Positions 39,952 to 47,991 of a stretch of DNA of 64,000 nucleotides are shown here, one piece after another. The notes below the pieces were generated by a model. The model had not been told where the DNA came from, did no database searches, and was given only the letters and a program-made list of their open reading frames with translations. Location of the stretch: NCBI GenBank assembly GCA_036788695.1, contig DAIQMY010000001.1, positions 396,767-460,766 of the forward strand, in the 5' to 3' direction. Position 1 is the stretch's first letter, and the number at the start of each line of letters is the position of its first letter. Source of the stretch: Candidatus Levyibacteriota bacterium (GTDB taxonomy: Bacteria > Patescibacteriota > Microgenomatia > Levybacterales > GWA1-39-11). Both the position numbers and the translations under genes were made by a program.

Positions 39952-39969
39952 GAATCCAGGTCCGGCAGC
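39952..39969 (+). repeat. right copy of the 18-bp direct repeat (partial tRNA-Gln 3' end), putative attR
   Basis: GAATCCAGGTCCGGCAGC, identical to 33770-33787. Confidence 0.75.
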
Positions 39970-40107
39970 GAAACTTGGATTTAACCCTAAGCCGTTGGTA
40001 GTATGTGGTATAAGAGAGCAATCCGAGCGTTTAATTTATGGAGGAGACATGAGTGGGAGGTGGATTATCATAAATAAAAAAGGTTAAATCATGTAAAATA
40101 CAGATAC

Positions 40108-40314
40108 ATGAGTCATAATGTTAGTAATAATGTTTCCGACTATCGCAATAAAAATAAAGTAACTCAAGAAGAACTTGGGAAAGCGGTGGGGGTAACTCGC
40201 CAAACAATTATTGCAATTGAAAAAGGCAATTATACCCCATCAGTTTTGCTTGCTTTAAAAATTGCAAAGTATTTCAACACTATGGTTGAAAAATTGTTTA
40301 CAATAGGAAGGTAG
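40108..40314 (+). CDS. XRE-family helix-turn-helix transcriptional regulator
   Basis: [37 protein letters not shown] is a Cro/C1-type HTH. Confidence 0.75.
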   Translation: MSHNVSNNVSDYRNKNKVTQEELGKAVGVTRQTIIAIEKGNYTPSVLLALKIAKYFNTMVEKLFTIGR

Positions 40315-40344
40315 CTTGTTGCAAGCTTCCACAGAGAGGTAATT

Positions 40345-40698
40345 ATGATCATTGAAACTATCAGTGCTATCGCAATACTTGGAATAGCAATTCTATTTTT
40401 AAATCCTGGTCATCTCACAATGCCTGACTCTATGGTGTCAATGTTAATCATAGGACTCATTGTTTCGTTTCTTACGTTTGCTGCTTACCTTTTTAGGGAA
40501 AAATCTTTGGATGAAAGAGAAGCGGTACATATTCTTACTGCCGGAAGGATTTCATATCTCGTTGGAGTTGGTACGTTAATTCTGGGTATCATATTGCAGG
40601 CACTCAAGCATGAGATAGATCCTTGGCTAGTTTTTGCACTCTGTGCCATGGTTTTTTCCAAGCTTCTTTCCCGAATTTATTCTCACTTCAAAATGTAA
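40345..40698 (+). CDS. small membrane protein, likely partner of the XRE regulator
   Basis: Three or four TM helices. A tight operon with the HTH gene, which is a common XRE plus small-membrane-protein pairing. Confidence 0.4.
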   Translation: MIIETISAIAILGIAILFLNPGHLTMPDSMVSMLIIGLIVSFLTFAAYLFREKSLDEREAVHILTAGRISYLVGVGTLILGIILQALKHEIDPWLVFALCAMVFSKLLSRIYSHFKM

Positions 40699-40705
40699 AG
40701 GTAAC

Positions 40706-40793
40706 TTGACATTTATAATTTTATTTACTACGATAAATAAGTAAACTTTTTTTCAAATAAGTAAATTTTTTGCAAATAAATATCGGAGGCGGG
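40706..40793 (+). promoter_or_regulatory. putative promoter (TTGACA-N17-TACGAT), then two 11-bp direct repeats AAATAAGTAAA spaced 20 bp apart, then a GGAGGCGGG RBS
   Basis: TTGACA at 40706-40711 and TACGAT at 40729-40734. Repeats at 40735-40745 and 40755-40765, with a partial third copy near 40773. The ATG is at 40798. Confidence 0.4.
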
Positions 40794-40797
40794 ACAT

Positions 40798-41322
40798 ATG
40801 AAAAATCCAATAATAATCTTTGTAGTGATTGCAGCTGTAATTCTTCTTGGTGTGGGTGGATATATCCTCTCTCAAAATTCTTCGCAATCCGATTCCGTGA
40901 TGCCTGCAAAGGATGTAGCAATGAAACCTACAGATAAGATGATGAAGAAAGATGATAGTGCTATGGAAGGTGAGAAAATGATGGATGACAAAAAGACTAG
41001 TTCTGGATATGTCCAGTACAAAAAGTCAGTTTTTGACAGTGCAGCAAGTTCCCGCCGAGTATTGTTTTTCTACGCATCGTGGTGTCCAACTTGTAGGCCC
41101 GCAGATGGAAGCTTTACAAAAAACGCGGGTAAAATTCCTGAGGATGTCACGCTTATCCGGGTGAATTACAACGATCCTGAGACAGATCAGGAAGAAAAAG
41201 ATCTTGCAAAAAAGTATGGTATCACGTACCAACACACATTTGTCCAAATTGATAGTAACGGACGCGAAGTGACTAAATGGAACGGTGGACAAATAGACGA
41301 ATTACTTTCTAAGATTAAATAA
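40798..41322 (+). CDS. membrane-anchored thioredoxin-like protein with a Met-rich segment
   Basis: WCPTC (CxxC) in a thioredoxin-fold context (VLFFYASWCPTCRP). N-terminal TM helix. Met-rich linker PTDKMMKKDDSAMEGEKMMDDKK. Confidence 0.65.
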   Translation: MKNPIIIFVVIAAVILLGVGGYILSQNSSQSDSVMPAKDVAMKPTDKMMKKDDSAMEGEKMMDDKKTSSGYVQYKKSVFDSAASSRRVLFFYASWCPTCRPADGSFTKNAGKIPEDVTLIRVNYNDPETDQEEKDLAKKYGITYQHTFVQIDSNGREVTKWNGGQIDELLSKIK

Positions 41323-41373
41323 GGAGTACAGTTTTATTACAAGATTAGTGTCAGAGATTAATTTGAAAAAACT

Positions 41374-43101
41374 ATGATATTACTAATCGCATTTGCATTT
41401 TTGGCTGGAGTTATTACGGTACTTTCACCATGTATCCTTCCTATCCTTCCCATCATTCTTACTTCAAGTATTGGTGGCGTAAATACGGGAAAATCCAGAC
41501 CAGTGGGAGTAGTTATTGGTTTTGTTCTTAGCTTTACCTTCTTTACACTTTTTCTTTCAACCATAGTACGTTTGAGTGGTATCCCTGCTGAAACACTTCG
41601 TTTTTTTTCAGTAATCGTAATTGCTGGTTTTGGACTTTCACTTCTTATTCCTCAATTTCAGGTGCTTGTAGAACGATTGTTTTCTAAACTGGCAGGCTTT
41701 ATGCCGAGTAGTCAAAATCGTACTGGTTTTGGCGGAGGCTTACTAATAGGATTTTCTGTAGGACTTCTCTGGACTCCGTGTGTAGGTCCCATTTTAGCGT
41801 CAGTTATATCTCTTGCGATCACTGGCACTGTTACCTTTGATGCATTTTTAATTACCCTCGCCTATTCACTTGGCACAGCTATCCCAATGTTTCTTATCAT
41901 GCTTGGAGGGCAGAATGCTCTTCGTAGAGTTCCGTGGCTACTTTCTAACCTAGGTCGTATTCAAAAACTGTTTGGCGTGCTTATGATCCTGACTGCCATT
42001 GGTATATTTTTTAATATTGATCGAAGATTTCAGACATTTATCTTAAACACTTTCCCACAATATGGTACGGGTTTAACTCGTTTTGAAGATAATCAATTGA
42101 TTCGGAATCAGTTAGATAAAAAAGCGGCTGATGAGGTAAAAAAAGAAGATATGGGCAAGCCTATGTTTGATCTTGTTAATCCAAAAGGGGTCAAAGCTCC
42201 TGAGGTTATTCCTGGGGGTGTTTGGTTTAATAGTGACCCGCTGACGCTTGCGCAGTTAAGAGGAAAAGTTGTCCTCATAGATTTTTGGACATATTCATGT
42301 ATTAATTGTCAAAGAACGCTGCCATATTTAAGAGATTGGAATAAAAAATATAAGGATAAGGGGCTTATCATTATTGGTGTTCACGCACCAGAATTTGAGT
42401 TTGAAAAAAGTGAAAAAAATGTTGCACTAGCAATAAAAGATTTTAATCTAGCTTATCCTATTGTCCAAGATAATGACTTTGCTACTTGGAGGGCATATAA
42501 CAATAGGTATTGGCCAGCCAAATATTTTATTGATAAGGAGGGTTATATTCGCTATTCACATTTTGGTGAAGGAGCATATGATGAAAGCGAAAAAGTTATT
42601 CAAGAGCTGCTGAAAGAAGCAGGGGCTACAGATATATCTTCTGAAATTAATAACCCAACCTATCAGATTCAAGCCAAAACTCCTGAAATATATTTGGGAT
42701 ACGCGCGAATTGAGCATTTTGCATCCACTGAGACTATTAAGAAGAGTGAATTAAGCACCTACTCGGCTCCAGAAAAACTTGGAAATAACCAAATGGCATA
42801 TGCAGGCAATTGGAATATTATGGAAGAATATGCCAACCCTCAAAAAGGATCAATCCTCACGCTTAACTTTGACGCGAAAGAAGTATTTTTAGTGATGCGC
42901 ACAAAAGGAGCGCCAGCTAAGGTCAAGGTATATCTGGACAATAAGATACAGGATTTTGGGAAGGATAATATAAATGGTGTAGTTACAGTAGATAGTGATG
43001 CGCTTTACAAACTGATTAATTTATCATCCCCAGGTCGTCACATTTTAAAGCTTGAATTTGAAGACAACAATGCAGAACTTTTTGCTTTTACATTTGGTTG
43101 A
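41374..43101 (+). CDS. CcdA/DsbD-type transmembrane thiol-disulfide transporter fused to a TlpA/ResA-like redoxin domain plus an extra C-terminal domain
   Basis: N-terminal CcdA-like helices with SPCILP and TPCVGP cysteines. A central redoxin region VLIDFWTYSCINCQRTLPYL...GLIIIGVHAPEFEFEK. About 170 C-terminal residues remain unassigned. Confidence 0.7.
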   Translation: MILLIAFAFLAGVITVLSPCILPILPIILTSSIGGVNTGKSRPVGVVIGFVLSFTFFTLFLSTIVRLSGIPAETLRFFSVIVIAGFGLSLLIPQFQVLVERLFSKLAGFMPSSQNRTGFGGGLLIGFSVGLLWTPCVGPILASVISLAITGTVTFDAFLITLAYSLGTAIPMFLIMLGGQNALRRVPWLLSNLGRIQKLFGVLMILTAIGIFFNIDRRFQTFILNTFPQYGTGLTRFEDNQLIRNQLDKKAADEVKKEDMGKPMFDLVNPKGVKAPEVIPGGVWFNSDPLTLAQLRGKVVLIDFWTYSCINCQRTLPYLRDWNKKYKDKGLIIIGVHAPEFEFEKSEKNVALAIKDFNLAYPIVQDNDFATWRAYNNRYWPAKYFIDKEGYIRYSHFGEGAYDESEKVIQELLKEAGATDISSEINNPTYQIQAKTPEIYLGYARIEHFASTETIKKSELSTYSAPEKLGNNQMAYAGNWNIMEEYANPQKGSILTLNFDAKEVFLVMRTKGAPAKVKVYLDNKIQDFGKDNINGVVTVDSDALYKLINLSSPGRHILKLEFEDNNAELFAFTFG

Positions 43102-43205
43102 TTGGTAATAGCTATAGAAATCTATCTTTTCAGACAAAAATGTGCTATTTTTTGCGAAATTATTTTTTAGCGCATTTTAAGTTTATTCCTGATATAATTT
43201 TCAAA

Positions 43206-43679
43206 ATGGAAACTCCCCGCTTTTTAGGTGAAAATCATAGGGGGATTGATTTGTTTAAGATTACCCCAATTGCCTACATGATTCTTCGGGATCAAAAAAA
43301 TAGAGTGCTTCTTTTAGGGCGTGTTGCAACAGGCAAATATAGTCTTCCTGCAGGGCATATGGAGGAAGGGGAAGCGTCTGTTGCGGCAGCACTCAGAGAA
43401 TTGCAGGAAGAAGTTGGCGTACGCGTAGACGCATCAAATGCAAAACTCGCAAATATAGGCAATTTCAAAGATCCAGACGGGCAAAGAATTGGATATTTTT
43501 ATGAGGCAAAAACATGGATTGGTAGACCTAAAATAATGGAGCCTAATATTCATAGTACTATTTTGTGGGCAACAGCAGACAACTTACCTCAAAATATATC
43601 ACCAAACGTAAGACAAGTACTTTTAAATATAGAAAAAGGTCAGTTTCACACGAAAAATGGTTGGCATGCTAAAACGTAA
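43206..43679 (+). CDS. NUDIX hydrolase
   Basis: Nudix box GHMEEGEASVAAALRELQEEVG. Start moved to the ATG at 43206. The track start at 43098 adds an AT-rich, low-complexity N-terminus. Confidence 0.65.
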   Translation: METPRFLGENHRGIDLFKITPIAYMILRDQKNRVLLLGRVATGKYSLPAGHMEEGEASVAAALRELQEEVGVRVDASNAKLANIGNFKDPDGQRIGYFYEAKTWIGRPKIMEPNIHSTILWATADNLPQNISPNVRQVLLNIEKGQFHTKNGWHAKT

Positions 43680-43752
43680 CCTCCTCTGCGAGTGTATGTG
43701 TTTGTGATTTTCATCATTCTAAAAAAAAGCAGCGTATATTATAATTTATTCT

Positions 43753-44478
43753 ATGGAGAAAGATGAGCAACCTGAAATAAATCACCCCGAGCCACACACC
43801 GCCAGTCATATCCATAAATTAAATTGGTTAAGAGCCGCTGTTTTAGGAGCAAATGATGGTATTGTTTCAATCTCTGGTCTTGTTCTGGGTGTTGCTGGGG
43901 CAAATAATTCTATTGACATAATTGCCGCAGCCGGTATTGCGGGAGTTATTGCCGGTTCAATATCTATGGCAGCAGGTGAGTACGTTTCTGTCAGTAGCTC
44001 AAAGGACACTGAACAAGCATTGCTTGAAAAAGAAAAATATGAATTAAGTAATTATCCAGAACAAGAAAAGGAAGAGTTAGCGCTTATTTATGAAAAAAAG
44101 GGTCTGTCCAGGGAGACTTCCAGAATTGTTGCAGAAGAACTAACCGCCAAGGATCCAATTGCTGCACATTTTGACGCGGAATTGGGAATTGACCCCAATA
44201 ATCTGACAAACCCCTGGCATGCAGCTCTGGCATCTGCAATTGCGTTTCTTTTGGGTGCAGTCTTACCTATGGTAGCAATTCTGTTGCCTCCCGCGTCAAT
44301 TCGTATACCCGTAACGTTTGTATCAGTATTAATTGCCTTAGTTGTAACCGGTTATTTAAGTGCTCGGGTAGGCGGGGCAAATACTAAAAAGGCGATAATT
44401 AGGGTTGTTATAGGTGGAGTATTGGCTATGGCAGTTACCTACTCAGTAGGTTATATTTTTGGAGTAAACAGCATCTAG
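43753..44478 (+). CDS. VIT1/CCC1-family iron/manganese transporter
   Basis: LNWLRAAVLGANDGIVSISGLVLGVAG is the VIT family signature. Five TM helices. Confidence 0.7.
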   Translation: MEKDEQPEINHPEPHTASHIHKLNWLRAAVLGANDGIVSISGLVLGVAGANNSIDIIAAAGIAGVIAGSISMAAGEYVSVSSSKDTEQALLEKEKYELSNYPEQEKEELALIYEKKGLSRETSRIVAEELTAKDPIAAHFDAELGIDPNNLTNPWHAALASAIAFLLGAVLPMVAILLPPASIRIPVTFVSVLIALVVTGYLSARVGGANTKKAIIRVVIGGVLAMAVTYSVGYIFGVNSI

Positions 44479-44497
44479 GAAGTAATTTTTTGTGTAA

Positions 44498-45520
44498 CTA
44501 TGATGCGGAAGCAGTTAGCTCTTTGCACCAATTAGCATTTGTTATTTCTACAGTCTTTAGTGTGCTATCCTCAAAGTTCAGATTTGAGAGCTTAATTCTT
44601 TGTGCGCCAGGTTCTTCATAGGTTTTTACATAATAGACTTTATTTTGTAAATCTGAAACCGTCATCCATTGGGTATCTTCATAGAATATTTTATCTCCAT
44701 GTTTTTCCCGAGTTAATCCAACGGGAATATCAAAGCTTCCCAGTATATGAAAAGCTGTTTTTACCTCTTCTTCTGCATTTTTTGAAGGAACAGCAGATTG
44801 TGAGAGTGCTATTGCTCTGATGAATCGGGATGGGGGGGTGAAATCTCCTGGAAGACCAAGCATTCCAGAGCCTTGTCCAATTGGTTTTATGGTCTCTCCT
44901 TGGATAGTTATTCCCGGGACGTTTGTTGCTGATAGGTTTGCGTAATTCCCTAAATTTGTTAAATGCCAGGTAAAGTCTGGAGAGTTGGTTACAACACCTA
45001 ATGGATTATCAAATATATGAAGTTTTCCGTCTGTATATTCAACGAGTATTGAGCCTCCTGTTGCATCATGAATTGGAAAATGGAGCGGAATCATTCCCAA
45101 TTCCCCAAATTCCATTCCCCATACCGCTATATCCTGTATTCCTTTCTTGACTTCAGCTACATTTTCAAAATTACTCAAAACCCATAGCGCAAAATCTATT
45201 TGAGATACTAATTTTCCGCTTAGTTCAGGCGTTGGTATTTGATACTTTGCATATCCCGGTAAGTATAAGCACCCAATCCACAGTCCGCTTTCGTTTATGC
45301 CGTCACTTATCATAACCTGGTTAAATCCATTCAGCCCTACAACCCCATATTTTCCTTTCCATGTAAGCGGTTTTAAGTTTTGATCAGGAAGGCTTTGGGC
45401 GGTATAGGTGTAGTTTCTTGGGAAAATAAGAAGTTTACTTTGTAGATCATATCCAAATTCCATAGACCTACCTATGACTACTGCCTTATCTTGGCTTACC
45501 ACTTTAAAGCTTGTGCACAT
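44498..45520 (-). CDS. choloylglycine hydrolase family (linear amide C-N Ntn-hydrolase)
   Basis: Cys at position 2 (MCTSFKV) is the Ntn nucleophile. Later motifs NESGLWIG and SVPSK-like blocks fit the CBAH/penicillin V acylase family. Confidence 0.65.
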   Translation of the reverse strand: MCTSFKVVSQDKAVVIGRSMEFGYDLQSKLLIFPRNYTYTAQSLPDQNLKPLTWKGKYGVVGLNGFNQVMISDGINESGLWIGCLYLPGYAKYQIPTPELSGKLVSQIDFALWVLSNFENVAEVKKGIQDIAVWGMEFGELGMIPLHFPIHDATGGSILVEYTDGKLHIFDNPLGVVTNSPDFTWHLTNLGNYANLSATNVPGITIQGETIKPIGQGSGMLGLPGDFTPPSRFIRAIALSQSAVPSKNAEEEVKTAFHILGSFDIPVGLTREKHGDKIFYEDTQWMTVSDLQNKVYYVKTYEEPGAQRIKLSNLNFEDSTLKTVEITNANWCKELTASAS

Positions 45521-45585
45521 ATATTTATACTAGAATAGCATATGGCAGTTTTGCAAGTAGATAAATAGTTTGCTACACTTTTTAT

Positions 45586-46245
45586 ATGAACGAATTATAC
45601 GCAAGTCTTATTCCTCATGCTGTTGCAGTAGCATTAAGCCCCATGCCAATTGCTGCTCTTATTTTTTTACTATTATCAAATAAGCCAAAGTCAAATAGTT
45701 TAGGATTTCTTGCAGGATGGTTTACAGCACTTGTTGTAAATGTGTTTATTTTCGCATTTTTATTTGGTGCTTCAGGTGTTCCCCAAGGCGGAGATCCTTT
45801 AGGCGTTCGCATTTTTCATTTGGTTTTAGGTATTATCCTCATTCTTTTTGCGTTCAATGAGTGGAAAAAACGACCAAAAAAAGGTCAAAAGGCGACCGTT
45901 CCTAAATGGATGAAGGAGATAGCCGGCTTTACACCTACAAAGTCATTTTTAATCGCGACAGCACTGGTTACTATAAATGCTAAGAATACTGTTCTTGATG
46001 TAGCCGTTGGAGATCTGATAAACAACAAGGCGGGAAGTATAGAAGGTGGCATAATTGCTATATTTGTTTTTGCATCCATAGCAAGCCTTAGTATACTTAT
46101 TCCGGTTTTTGCATTTTTCTTGTTTGGCGATAAATTAAAAAAGACATTAAATTCTCTCAATGGATTTTTTATCAAAAAAAGCAATATGATTCTTTTTGTT
46201 TTATTCATCGTTTTAGGAATAGGAATAGCAAGTAAAGCCTTTTAG
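45586..46245 (+). CDS. hypothetical polytopic membrane protein
   Basis: Six hydrophobic helices and no catalytic motif recognised. Confidence 0.35.
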   Translation: MNELYASLIPHAVAVALSPMPIAALIFLLLSNKPKSNSLGFLAGWFTALVVNVFIFAFLFGASGVPQGGDPLGVRIFHLVLGIILILFAFNEWKKRPKKGQKATVPKWMKEIAGFTPTKSFLIATALVTINAKNTVLDVAVGDLINNKAGSIEGGIIAIFVFASIASLSILIPVFAFFLFGDKLKKTLNSLNGFFIKKSNMILFVLFIVLGIGIASKAF

Positions 46246-46280
46246 TAAATTAAGTTACCTAGAAAAAGGGAATGAATCCT

Positions 46281-46553
46281 TTATGATAAGAGGAAGATAA
46301 TATCTATTATTGCAAGAAGTGCAATTGCCGCCCATATGATGTTTACGAAAAGCGGCTGGTACGTACGTTTAAAATAGCAAATTGCACCAAGTCCTATAGC
46401 GCCAGATAAGTTTAGGAGTTGATAAGATAAGTCTCTTGGATGTAGAACTCCAAAACTTACAAGTAAATATGCGGTTAAAGTTGCAAACGCTCCATACCAT
46501 CCAAGCATATTTTCAATTATATTTAGATATTTTCTCTTTTTATTTTTAGACAC
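46281..46553 (-). CDS. small membrane protein
   Basis: Three TM helices (MLGWYGAFATLTAYLLVSF...). Confidence 0.3.
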   Translation of the reverse strand: MSKNKKRKYLNIIENMLGWYGAFATLTAYLLVSFGVLHPRDLSYQLLNLSGAIGLGAICYFKRTYQPLFVNIIWAAIALLAIIDIIFLLS

Positions 46554-46610
46554 ATCTTAAGTTAATTTGATTTTTGAAAAAAATGCAAGTATTGACTGAA
46601 ATAGAATGAT

Positions 46611-47231
46611 ATGAATATAGTAAAGGTAATGAATAGAAATACAGATCGGCTTTATTTTCTACTTTTTGGAGTCCTTGACTTTATTGCGCTTGCGACGGCG
46701 CTTGTGTATTCTCTCAATGTGCTTAATGAATACTTTAGTTATTTTACCGTTCTCTCCAACATACTCATAACATTTGTTTTTCTTGTGTTCGGAATAGTGG
46801 GAATGAGAAAGGCGCTGAAGATAGGGATTGTTAAATTGCTTTATGGTCCTGCGGTATTATATATGAGTATAACGGGAGTAGTATTTTGGACAATCTTGCA
46901 TGGCGGCGCAGATCATGCTCAGTTACTTCCTTGGGTAAATATAGTACTTCATGGGATTACTCCAATAGCTGCATTTTTAGGGTGGGTTTTGTTTTCTCAA
47001 AGAGCAATGGTCAGTTATTCCAATGCTTATAAATGGTTATCATTTCCATTACTTTTCGTAGCATATACTCTACTAAGAGGTTTTGTTATCAACTGGTACC
47101 CATATGCAATTTTAAACCCAACAAAAGCGGGTGGGTATATAGGTATTTTTGGGTACGTGTTTGAGATAGTAATTGGGGCATACATCATGGGACTTATTCT
47201 TATAGTTATTAATAACCTTCACAGGAAATAA
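46611..47231 (+). CDS. hypothetical six-TM membrane protein
   Basis: Hydrophobicity pattern only. Confidence 0.3.
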   Translation: MNIVKVMNRNTDRLYFLLFGVLDFIALATALVYSLNVLNEYFSYFTVLSNILITFVFLVFGIVGMRKALKIGIVKLLYGPAVLYMSITGVVFWTILHGGADHAQLLPWVNIVLHGITPIAAFLGWVLFSQRAMVSYSNAYKWLSFPLLFVAYTLLRGFVINWYPYAILNPTKAGGYIGIFGYVFEIVIGAYIMGLILIVINNLHRK

Positions 47232-47303
47232 AGCCCTTAATAGAAAGCCAACTTACTTGCGTTTCCAAAATGAGCAAATTTTATTTGTTTTGTTCTGTGG
47301 TGA

Positions 47304-47855
47304 CTATTTTTTCTTTTTCTTCTTTGAGGAGGATTTTTTAGGGGTAAGCGTTTTTACGCGTTGGGCAAGTGCAATTAAGAACAGACCAAAGATGATTGCG
47401 TAAATTCCTATAACAAATGTGATTGCAAGCGCTGCAACAATTGGATTTATGAAAATAAATACTCCAAATAGTATTGAAATTACTCCAACAAACATAAGCC
47501 ATATTTCATTTTTAATGTGTTTTCTCAATTCAATTCCGGCAATAATCTCAAGAATTCCGCTTGCGATTGCCCAGATAGAGATAAGAAGCAGGAAGATTGC
47601 AGCTGCTTGAGCAGTAAAGAAGAAGACATAAAGTCCGACTAAAATACCAACAACCCCTTCTAATATAAGTATTGATGATTTGGCAGAAACACCTACTATA
47701 AAAGCCACAATTCCATCTATAAGCGCGAATGCTCCAAAATAAAGAATAATAATTTCAAAACCCAAAGTTGGAGCAAAGAGTGCAATAGTTCCAAATATTA
47801 CTGCAATAATTCCTCTTAGAAGTATCCCTTTATAGTGCTTATGTAATTCCCTCAT
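47304..47855 (-). CDS. HdeD/DUF308-family membrane protein with a poly-Lys tail
   Basis: GIIAVIFGTIALFAP...FGAFALIDGIV matches DUF308 repeats. Ends in SSSKKKKKK. Confidence 0.6.
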   Translation of the reverse strand: MRELHKHYKGILLRGIIAVIFGTIALFAPTLGFEIIILYFGAFALIDGIVAFIVGVSAKSSILILEGVVGILVGLYVFFFTAQAAAIFLLLISIWAIASGILEIIAGIELRKHIKNEIWLMFVGVISILFGVFIFINPIVAALAITFVIGIYAIIFGLFLIALAQRVKTLTPKKSSSKKKKKK

Positions 47856-47991
47856 AAATTTAGATTAGGTTAAAACATATGAGCCTGTCAATAGGTAGTT
47901 TGTGAAATAAAATGGAAAAAAATAAGAATTTTACGATTATTTATAACTTGGTCAGTTTCAAATTATAGATGAGGTATATAATAATAAACAC

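Larger units (their letters stand above)
33787..39969. mobile_element. about 6.2-kb genomic island inserted at the tRNA-Gln 3' end carrying a copper-homeostasis operon; no integrase recognised
   Basis: Bounded by the 18-bp direct repeat of the tRNA 3' end. Cargo is csoR, DUF305, cupredoxin, copA, permease-cupredoxin and copZ on the minus strand, plus a C39-like peptidase gene. A ~470-bp non-coding stretch sits at the right end. Confidence 0.6.
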
